A stretch of 62,747 nucleotides of DNA from Proteromonas lacertae. Its lineage: Eukaryota. The DNA lies in contig NGBS01000907.1 in NCBI GenBank assembly GCA_002245135.1, positions 1 through 62,747 on the forward strand, read 5' to 3'. Both the position numbers and the translations under genes were made by a program. Below the pieces are notes generated by a model. That model saw only the letters and a program-made list of their open reading frames with translations. It made no database searches and was not told the origin of the DNA. This document shows, in pieces, positions 52,301 to 60,034 of the stretch (positions are counted from its first letter, which is position 1; every line of letters begins with the position of its first letter).

Positions 52301-54287
52301 TAAAGGATATTTTCCATATGAATATGTGGACTCATTATCTAAATATTTCAATACTTTTGAACTACCTCCTAAAGAAGCATTCTATTCAAAGCTAAAAGAT
52401 GATAATACAGTAACAGATGTTGAATATGCTAGTTGTCAGGCTTTATGGAAAGTTATTAGATGTGATAACTTAATGGATTACAATTTATTTTATCTCAGAT
52501 TAGATGTTCTTACATTAACATGTGTATTTGAACATTTTAGAGATGTTATATGGAATAATTTTACTTTGGATCCATTATGGCATTGTAGTTCACCTGGTTT
52601 ATCTTGGAGTATATTCCTTAAAAATTGTGATGTAAAAATTGATTTAATAAGTGACTCTGATATTTATGACTTTATACATTCTGGATTAATAGGTGGGATT
52701 TCTATGGTTGGTAGTATGAGATATGCAGAGTCTTGGAATCATTATCAACCTCAATGGCAAGAGAAAAATAAAAAGGAAGTACAGGATCCAGATAATCAAA
52801 CATATATTATGTATATGGATTATAATTCTTTATATCCAAGTACTATGGCTAGTATGAAGTTACCATATAGTGATTTTGAATGGATTGAACCAACTACTGA
52901 AAATGTTAAGAAAATATTATCATTACATTACTATGAAGAACAAAGAGAAAAATATTACAATACAGAATGGATTAATAAAAATATGTATGGATATATTCTG
53001 GAAGTAGATATTTCTCCTCCTAGTAATAGTGATGAAAGAAAAAAATTTGCTGAATATCCTTTGTTACCTGAAAGAAAAATAGTTGACTATGATAATTTAT
53101 CTGAAATACAAAAGAAATGGGCAGAGTCTTTAGGATTAGTTTCAGAAGTTAAAAATAATATTGATAAAACATATAAAGTCAAAAAGTTAAAGTCAAATGT
53201 TCCTAAAATAGTATGTGATTTAACAACAAAATACAACTATGTTGTTCACTATCAATATTTAAAATTTGCATGTGAAATGGGTTATGTTATACATCATATT
53301 CATAGAATTATCAGATTTAAAGAGTCTAATTATGCACATAACTTTGTAATGATGAATCATAACTTAAGAAGACAAGCTAAGTTGGAAGGAAGGGATGCCG
53401 ATGCTGATACTTTTAAGCTTATTTTAAATAGCGCTTATGGAAAGACATGTGAAAATACTGAGAATAGGTGTACTTCCAAATTAGTTAATAATGAAGAAGA
53501 CTTTTTACAGTGTACTTCTAATCCATTTTATAGAAGTTTTATTGCTATAGATAATAGTAACTTACGTATATGCAAATTTCAAAAATATAAATGCACTATT
53601 GATAAACCATCTTATATAGGTATGAGTATATTATGTGAATCTAAAAGGTTAATGGCTCAGTTCTGGTATGGACATTTATATAGGAAATATGGGAGTAGTT
53701 TAAGATTATTGATGAGTGATACTGATAGTTTCATATTTATGGTTAAAACTAGAGATTTCTATATGGATATTATGAACGATCCACATTTTGAAAAGAAAGT
53801 TGATACTGGTAATCTTAATAAACAATACTTAATAACTAGAGGTATACACTATTCAAATGTTAATCAAAGTTCAGAACTTAACTTATTAAAAATAGAAGAA
53901 AATAAGAATGGTTTATACTCTATTACTAGATTTGCAGGATTAAAACCTAAAATGTATGCCTATGAAAAAGTAAGAGTAGATGACGATATACATTCTGTTA
54001 CACATGATAGTAGAGCTAAAGGAGTTACAACTGGATATAGAATTAAAACTTGTGATTTTGACTTTTATAGAAAAATATTAACAGATGCTGAAGATGAAAA
54101 GTCTTACAGAGTTGATAAAATCAAACAATATAGTTTCAGAAGTGTTAACCAAACTTTATATACTATGGAACAAAATAAGTTGGCTTTCAGCATATTTGAT
54201 TCTAAAAGGTATTATTTAGATGTTTATCATAGTATTCCTTTTAATGATTATTATCCACCTATTATTAATAACACTACTAATGTTTGA
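49380..54287 (+). CDS. polB: Protein-primed family B DNA polymerase (Polinton type) with vOTU-like and endonuclease VII-like modules
   Basis: ExoI YWDTE, ExoII HNSKNYD, ExoIII YLRLDV, motif A DYNSLYP, motif B KLILNSAYGK, motif C SDTDS, KPKMY, RAKGV. Also DQLCFLYAI...KHY and CIYC...HHDHFSG...CNNCN. Confidence 0.96.
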   Translation: MNPFIPPYYYYSNFNYYSPPPFGAPYIPPPQNYGFNPMPMPYPGMALPNMYEPPPPIQNIPVVRNYIPPRNLVTNTNPGFNYYPGNIGVDSTPQINIPEPGFVTPPPKRRLDFENISPPKIQRKGGMQVPMPNPNPNQPVVVVNQPPPNAQQRNRVADLNLSYQEERDLREASDILENHPTKLLKLPYEKRLYYMDLIQRSTDNYSRTYQINFLNDVNGKDPDAVVEIITDPSSPLITKIREYLEDVKYIKVTLSFRSGYIGADDPDYNNPNGNKITNWVFLECRPVVITESEMNVAHKILKDRIRTEMGPLWHTEKSSLKFRHVGEVEVQLVKATAMAGSGKNKELPDWIRNRKCVISIDNNKENDQLCFLYAIAAAFFHGNNNNKNLNRVEQYKEYIRVNYNYSMLYFPVDPIKHKKQIHEFETINHITLNIFKITDKEVVPIYVTHIDKFNNYPHVNLLYNDKHYSTITKLNVILIPKGKKCKNGYPRCNYSFALLSTDEKRIQHEKYNCQQHKGIIRNFPEKNIQLEFKNFKYMQLIPIVIYWDTEVYQEKVTDPILNEKGILSKHILSSWCLYVVSKYPNIYPNKIEYDFKTPKDNETDLEDRLIAKFMEIQKEILDLYEEKLKNPEKMIGYNREDPKNKLNYCIYCKEPFDYRNKNKKPVLHHDHFSGQYIGRICNNCNFHVCLNNMPIPCIAHNSKNYDNNFIIRGLSRWDNKLRDEFCKENNIDPNVNYASDTESDSDTEEEEDNTNSIPVPHQDSDTFTPLPPYTNGFITANKIKDYVKNLRKEKQEEKEDNNNNFSMSPLHDSLSDMETQEAESEVIQINNEEVNALLELEEMLRRDSPRNAEDVIDEIDEQSAYRIIKCKDGKIRKYKNKKQYKSQLSVLPKTDNKFLLIKFNKLYFMDSYQFLPSSLDSLTKSLYTQAKRDNGNYQKYFSYVYEDIYKKYSAPGKLDHDMNIDAFIHKWCLSKGYFPYEYVDSLSKYFNTFELPPKEAFYSKLKDDNTVTDVEYASCQALWKVIRCDNLMDYNLFYLRLDVLTLTCVFEHFRDVIWNNFTLDPLWHCSSPGLSWSIFLKNCDVKIDLISDSDIYDFIHSGLIGGISMVGSMRYAESWNHYQPQWQEKNKKEVQDPDNQTYIMYMDYNSLYPSTMASMKLPYSDFEWIEPTTENVKKILSLHYYEEQREKYYNTEWINKNMYGYILEVDISPPSNSDERKKFAEYPLLPERKIVDYDNLSEIQKKWAESLGLVSEVKNNIDKTYKVKKLKSNVPKIVCDLTTKYNYVVHYQYLKFACEMGYVIHHIHRIIRFKESNYAHNFVMMNHNLRRQAKLEGRDADADTFKLILNSAYGKTCENTENRCTSKLVNNEEDFLQCTSNPFYRSFIAIDNSNLRICKFQKYKCTIDKPSYIGMSILCESKRLMAQFWYGHLYRKYGSSLRLLMSDTDSFIFMVKTRDFYMDIMNDPHFEKKVDTGNLNKQYLITRGIHYSNVNQSSELNLLKIEENKNGLYSITRFAGLKPKMYAYEKVRVDDDIHSVTHDSRAKGVTTGYRIKTCDFDFYRKILTDAEDEKSYRVDKIKQYSFRSVNQTLYTMEQNKLAFSIFDSKRYYLDVYHSIPFNDYYPPIINNTTNV

Positions 54288-54357
54288 AACTTTTATATTA
54301 TTATTATTATATTATTATTATTTCTTTTGTTTTCTTATATTATAAAAATAAAAAATA

Positions 54358-55725
54358 ATGTATTTCGGATGGGATCCTGCTAAAGCATTTTTTAATACTA
54401 TGAATGATGTAGGTAACTTAATGGATAAAAATATACAACATTTACCTAAACAACCTAAATATCCTGAATCTTTGCAATATTATATGAATTATGGTAGAGA
54501 TGGTATACCTAGAGAACCTCCTACTACTGACTATAAATTATATCCTAATCCTGAATATTCTCAATATCAAAATCGTTTACAACAACTATATAATAAATAT
54601 CATTATCTAAGCGATAGAGATTTTATTAAAATGGTAATGAATCCTGCAGATAATAATGAAGTACCACCACCTATAGATGCTATAAAAGAATTTTTAGCTA
54701 GACAACCTGGTCATCAAATAGTAGACTTTCAGTATAAAAAGGATAATCCTTTCGTTAGTATTAAAAAGCCTGGTTGGTTCCAGATGGATATAGTTTATTT
54801 TTTACCTGAAACACATCATCTGTATTTTATTGAAACTAACTCTAGAAAAGTATGGGTAGTACCTTTGAAAAGAGAAGATGGAAATACTTGTTTAAATGCT
54901 TTCTTTTCTTGGTATTATAAAGAAGATCAAGAAGCTTTTTTAAATCCAAACTATCAACCTAATATAGTAGCTAAAAGAAGAGTTATTAGTATATTAAGTG
55001 ATCAAGATGATAGTTTTAATAAAATAAAAGAATTTTGTGATACAGAAGGTATAAATACTTATCAAAAAAATCCTTCAGAACATAGAATAATGAGTGTATT
55101 AGATAGAAGTGTATCTATGGTTAAAAAATTATTATATAAACATCTTGTTGAAATAGACTTTCCTGATCCCTTTCGTTATAGAAATCAAACTCATGCTAAA
55201 AGCTTTCCACCTAGTGCATATATGAATCAGTGGCTTACTAACTTTAATCATGAAGTATATAAAGTAGTACAAGACTATAATAATAAACCTCATCCTGCAT
55301 TAAAAGGATATACTCCTAATGAAGTATATCATTCTGAATTACTACAGAAAAGAGTATTAGTTGAAAGCATAAATAAAAATGTAGATAATGAATTTAAATT
55401 AGAAGATAAACAACGATTTAAAGTAGGTGACTATGTTAGATTTAAAGAAAGAAGAAGACAATTAGATAAAATAACTACTTGGAGTGATGATGTTTATATG
55501 ATTATAAATAAGTTTAGATTTTCTTATCAAATAGGTGATACTAATGGTAACTTTGTACCTAATGTTAGTAATCAGAGGTTTAAGCATTATGAATTAGAAT
55601 TAGTAGAAAGAGCGCAAGATAGAAATGCTTATTTTAGAGCGTATCAAGCAAACAGAAGATTTTATAATCAACATTTTAGAAAAACATTAAAAAGACCAGG
55701 ACTCAAAAGAAAGGGAATAGTATAA
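54358..55725 (+). CDS. Retroviral-like (rve) integrase 1, Polinton type
   Basis: FQMDIV, ILSD, LDRSVSMVK, YNNKPHPALKGYTPNEV; C-terminal FKVGDYVR...WSDDVY SH3-like domain. Confidence 0.9.
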   Translation: MYFGWDPAKAFFNTMNDVGNLMDKNIQHLPKQPKYPESLQYYMNYGRDGIPREPPTTDYKLYPNPEYSQYQNRLQQLYNKYHYLSDRDFIKMVMNPADNNEVPPPIDAIKEFLARQPGHQIVDFQYKKDNPFVSIKKPGWFQMDIVYFLPETHHLYFIETNSRKVWVVPLKREDGNTCLNAFFSWYYKEDQEAFLNPNYQPNIVAKRRVISILSDQDDSFNKIKEFCDTEGINTYQKNPSEHRIMSVLDRSVSMVKKLLYKHLVEIDFPDPFRYRNQTHAKSFPPSAYMNQWLTNFNHEVYKVVQDYNNKPHPALKGYTPNEVYHSELLQKRVLVESINKNVDNEFKLEDKQRFKVGDYVRFKERRRQLDKITTWSDDVYMIINKFRFSYQIGDTNGNFVPNVSNQRFKHYELELVERAQDRNAYFRAYQANRRFYNQHFRKTLKRPGLKRKGIV

Positions 55726-55762
55726 TATATATATATATTCCATTAATTAATTAATTAATTAT

Positions 55763-56362
55763 TTAAAGTTCTGATATTTCAATAAGTGCTCTGCTATTTA
55801 CAGGCACTTTTGATAAATTATTTCCTTCTTCTGGAGGAGGAGGAGGAGGTTCTTCTTGTTTAATTTTGGGTTTTGGAGTTTCTTTTTTTTCTTTAATAAT
55901 ATGTTCTTTTGAAACTCTTCTTCTTTTGTTATATTTTCTATCTTCTTCATAATCACTATCATGATCACTATTATCACTACTACTACTACTATCACTACTA
56001 GAACTATCATTTTCTATATCAACATCTTCATACAATAAGTTTTCTATTTTATCTGAATTCACATATGAGGGAATTTCTGGATATTTGAATGTAGACCACC
56101 TATATATATTAATTTCTGTTTTCTTTAGAAAATACCACTTTTCATTATTTGATTTAGCATCTTCTGAAAATTTTTGAAAATCACCTGTAAATTGAATATG
56201 TAATGTGTTGAATTTGGCAAATATTTTTATATTACTATTAACATATTTTATTTCATCACAATTAGTTACAGCTATTGTTACTATATTATTTTCTAAAAAT
56301 TGATTCTGAAATTCTATATTATTATGTAAATTCATTATATAAGTTGTTGGTAAATATTTCAT
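55763..56362 (-). CDS. Element-encoded hypothetical protein with an acidic/basic tail
   Basis: 199-aa ORF with SD-rich, KRRR and poly-P segments. The frame stays open ~40 codons upstream of the ATG. Confidence 0.65.
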   Translation of the reverse strand: MKYLPTTYIMNLHNNIEFQNQFLENNIVTIAVTNCDEIKYVNSNIKIFAKFNTLHIQFTGDFQKFSEDAKSNNEKWYFLKKTEINIYRWSTFKYPEIPSYVNSDKIENLLYEDVDIENDSSSSDSSSSSDNSDHDSDYEEDRKYNKRRRVSKEHIIKEKKETPKPKIKQEEPPPPPPEEGNNLSKVPVNSRALIEISEL

Positions 56363-56455
56363 ATAATCATATAAATCAAATTGAAAATCATTAATTAATA
56401 CATTGTTATTTGAATTAAATTTTATCTGGATTTTAGAAATAATAATGAATAATAA

Positions 56456-56742
56456 AGGGAAATAGCACAGTGTGCCATTTCCCTATATGTGTTTTTGATT
56501 CAAAAAAATAGCCGTTTCAATGTGTGCTATTTCCCTATATTGTTTTTTCATCATTAGAAACGTTTTTAATGCATAATAAATATATCAATCGATTTCTCTA
56601 TTTATGCTGGGCTCATATATGCCCTTAGTTTGACTTTCTGATCATAATCGAAATTTAATTTTCTTAAAAAAATTCAAAAAACAATGATAGATAGGATGGC
56701 CACCATACTGTGTGATATGACACCATATAGTGACCATCCTAT
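56456..56742. repeat. Non-coding cluster of palindromes and short repeats
   Basis: AGGGAAATAGCACA-G-TGTGCCATTTCCCT (56456-56484), a third copy TGTGCTATTTCCCT (56523-56536), GGGCTCATATATGCCC (56609-56624), and ATAGGATGG...CCATCCTAT (56691-56742) enclosing CACCATA twice. Confidence 0.8.
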
Positions 56743-56915
56743 ATCAAATAAAACAAAATATAAAGTTCAAGCCAAATCACTTTTGAAACGCATCTATTTT
56801 TCTATTATTGATATTTCTTATAAGACTTGTTATAATGCTAATTAATTATGTAAATTATGAAAACAACACTCCCACACAAACACAATATATCATTTGAACC
56901 AATTAGGACCAGAGA

Positions 56916-57714
56916 TTAATAATCATTTTGGTACTCTGGCTCCTCATCATCATCTACTATAAATTGTGACAAGTTATTATCATCCTCATCTTCCTCTGTA
57001 CTGGTGTCTTCTTCCTTTCTGTTTGAATTTCTTTTCTGATTGGTCTTCTTTCTTTTGAATCTTGGAGTTTTAGATGTACTGCACTTTCTTTTTGTGGATA
57101 CCACCTTTAACAACTTGTTGTTGTTGTCATCATCATCATTATAATCATCATCATCATCATCCAGATTATCAAACAACGATGCTATAGAGACTTTACTACT
57201 TACTATACTTTCAGCAGTACTTCTGTAAACTATATCTCCTTTCGAATTCTTGTTTTCTTCTTTTTCGCATTTTGCTAAATCGTTGTCACCGAAATGTATG
57301 ATATACATACAAGTCAGTTCCACCATGTCCTCCATTGCATGGTCAAGCATACGATCATACTATTAATTCAAAATTGAAATATATATTAAATGGATATACG
57401 ATGCTTTTGTCCAGATCCTCTTTATACATGATATTACATAGCAGGACAGACATCAACACTCTAGACATTTTTAATCTTTCATGACGATCACTAATCTTTT
57501 CAATTTCTGTGAATCTTTTGTACCATGTACTGAAACGCCTTATACTGAAGTTACCATTCCAGCTATAGACATATAATAATATATTATACCTATAACGTTG
57601 CAAATCTTTCTCATGTTCTACAATCGTCTTAAAATTCTCACATAAAATTTTATATATGCTCGGATTTGGATCATTAATGAAGCTGTTTTTGTATAGTATC
57701 TTCCAGTTGCTCAT
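56916..57714 (-). CDS. Element-encoded hypothetical protein with one spliceosomal intron (57360-57399)
   Basis: ATG 57714 (MSNWK). Removing the 40-nt GTATAT...TAATAG joins KSI to YDRMLDH in frame. Acidic tail with RFKRKK. Confidence 0.7.
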
Positions 57715-57878
57715 AATAAGTGAATTGAAAGGAAAATAACGTTGAACGATGAACAAATGTTATATGTATATATATATTTTTTAAATGTTGTTATAAAGAC
57801 ATATAACTCTATTAATTTAGATAATAATCATAATGAAATGAATTTCATTATTACTTTTGTTTTTTGTTTTTGGACCAT

Positions 57879-59165
57879 ATGTTTAGCACTAATAGTTACG
57901 ATCCACATTTATACAGCTCATATAGCAACCAGAACCCATATCCTGTCAAACCGTTACCTACAAATGGTAACTTATCACTTGCAACATATATTAACCATGG
58001 AGCACCGAATATTACACATCCAACAAGAGAGGCTTCGTATGAAGACCAAATGTCAAACCAAATTGCCCAATATCGATCACGCTTAGATGAACTATATAAA
58101 AAATATTATTACCTTAATGAAAATGAATTTATCAAAATGACACAACATTTGTCTAGTATAAATGATATAGCTCCACCACCAGATGTAGTACGTGAATACT
58201 TAAGGAGACAACCTGGAAAACAAATTGTTGATTTCAAATATAAAAAAAATAATCCATTCGCAACTATCAAAAAGCCAGGGTACTTCCAAATGGATATAGT
58301 GTTTTTCTTACCTGATATGGAACATTTGTATTTTATCGAAATGAATTCAAGAAAAGTATGGGCAATATTTATGCCTAATAAATATGGTGATATTACATTG
58401 GATGCATTTCAGAAGTGGTATTATGAAACAGATGCCTATGGAAACAAAACACATAAAAATGTGGTAAGTATCCTATCAGATGCTGATGCTAGTTTTTCAA
58501 ATATCAAGAAGTTATGTGATGCTGAAGGAATTTCATATTTTCAAAAAGATGGTTCAGAGCATAAAATAGAGTCATTATTGGATAGATCAGTGAGTGTGAT
58601 AAAAAGACTATTGTACAAACACTTGGTGGATCTGGGATATGATGCACCTACATATATGGCAGATATTGATCACAATGATAAGCATATTATACCAGATATG
58701 AATTATAAATTGAAACTCGATAGTATAATACAGGAAGTGATAGATGACTATAACAACAAGCCATTACCAGGAATTAAAGGATATACCCCAAATGAGGTAT
58801 TCCATAGTCCAGAATTACAAAAACAAATATTACAAAAATCAATTAACTACAACTTAAAGAATTATGAAAAATTGGATCATACTGGTCAAAATTTCGAAGT
58901 AGGTGATTTGGTGAGATTCAAAGAGAGAAGACGTAAAATGGATAAGAACATATACTGGTCAGACAATGTATATAAGATAATCAAGAAAAATCGATATTCA
59001 TACAATTTAGGTGATATCAATGGGAATGACATTCAAGGTTTTTCATTAATTCGATTCAAACACTATGAGTTGCAGTTAGTGAGAAAAGATGATGCACCAA
59101 CCACATGGTTTAGAAAAATACTGGAGAGACCCAAGAGAAAGAAGGGAGACAAATCAATATTGTAA
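57879..59165 (+). CDS. Retroviral-like (rve) integrase 2, paralog of integrase 1
   Basis: FQMDIV, ILSD, LDRSVSVIK, YNNKP..GIKGYTPNEV, FEVGDLVR...WSDNVY. First ATG at 57879. Confidence 0.9.
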   Translation: MFSTNSYDPHLYSSYSNQNPYPVKPLPTNGNLSLATYINHGAPNITHPTREASYEDQMSNQIAQYRSRLDELYKKYYYLNENEFIKMTQHLSSINDIAPPPDVVREYLRRQPGKQIVDFKYKKNNPFATIKKPGYFQMDIVFFLPDMEHLYFIEMNSRKVWAIFMPNKYGDITLDAFQKWYYETDAYGNKTHKNVVSILSDADASFSNIKKLCDAEGISYFQKDGSEHKIESLLDRSVSVIKRLLYKHLVDLGYDAPTYMADIDHNDKHIIPDMNYKLKLDSIIQEVIDDYNNKPLPGIKGYTPNEVFHSPELQKQILQKSINYNLKNYEKLDHTGQNFEVGDLVRFKERRRKMDKNIYWSDNVYKIIKKNRYSYNLGDINGNDIQGFSLIRFKHYELQLVRKDDAPTTWFRKILERPKRKKGDKSIL

Positions 59166-59216
59166 CGAATAAATTTTTACTATGTTATATATTGTATATG
59201 TTGTTTTATTATTATT

Positions 59217-59416
59217 GGGCATTGGATAGACTAGCTACGATGAGGGCTGCGTTTCTAATTTATAATTATTTATTTATTTATTTATTAAATTAATTTCACA
59301 AGGAATTTATGGAAGTTTAATAATAATTACTACTTGGATGTGTGTTGTTTAATATTGCGCCATTGAAATTCGGCTTGAATCATCCTGGCACGGTATATCT
59401 AAATGCCCTTTTTTTT
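59217..59416 (+). ncRNA. Candidate Pol III structured RNA 1 (~192 nt, end-paired long stem)
   Basis: 59217-59249 pairs with 59371-59408 (about 30 bp, 6 G-U). T8 follows immediately. No T4 run inside despite AT-richness. Degenerate B-box GGCTTGAATCA. Confidence 0.6.
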
Positions 59417-59423
59417 ATTTAAT

Positions 59424-59519
59424 TGGGATCTGATAGACTGTGCAAGGAAAAAAGAGTCATGCAGCTGGCATTAGTGGTTCGATTCCTAGCACAGACTATT
59501 AGTAATCCCATTTTTTTTT
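59424..59519 (+). ncRNA. Candidate Pol III structured RNA 2 (~87 nt hairpin)
   Basis: 59424-59449 pairs with 59483-59510 (24 bp). Perfect B-box GGTTCGATTCC at 59476-59486, A-box-like TGGCATTAGTGG, T9 at 59511-59519. No cloverleaf. Confidence 0.7.
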
Positions 59520-59581
59520 AATTTCTTTTTTTTTAAATATTTTATTATACATATACATATAGTATATTCTATTTTTTATAT

Positions 59582-59989
59582 ATGCTTACACTACCACCAC
59601 AGATTGAATATAAATTACCAGAACTTGAATCCAAGGTAACAAAGAAATATCATTTAAGTGGTCCAGACATATACTTGGATTTGTATAGCCTACAATTCCT
59701 TATATTTTTTTATTATCGAAAACCTATATATCAATGGTATTTTGAGTTAACACACAAAATGATTAACATGATCATGAGTCAACGTTTGATATTAGTGTTT
59801 GTAGGTCCTTGTGACTTAGGAGATAGAGATTATCCGAAAGTTACATATACACCAACAATGAAAAAAGTAATCATTAGAATGCCACAAAGATGTTTTAATG
59901 GTAAGATGCCAATATTCTTCAAATGTACTCATATGGATAGAGAGATGATAGAATATATTGAAACTCATACAATATTTCACCACACATAA
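59582..59989 (+). CDS. Element-encoded hypothetical protein (135 aa)
   Basis: ATG-started intronless ORF; no recognised motif. Confidence 0.6.
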   Translation: MLTLPPQIEYKLPELESKVTKKYHLSGPDIYLDLYSLQFLIFFYYRKPIYQWYFELTHKMINMIMSQRLILVFVGPCDLGDRDYPKVTYTPTMKKVIIRMPQRCFNGKMPIFFKCTHMDREMIEYIETHTIFHHT

Positions 59990-60034
59990 AAAATAATAAT
60001 TAAGTAATAATTTTATATTATATATATATATATA

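Noticed and set aside
59424..59510. tRNA gene suggested by GGTTCGATTCC
   Set aside because: No proper T-stem, anticodon arm or 7-bp acceptor stem. The region folds as one long hairpin.
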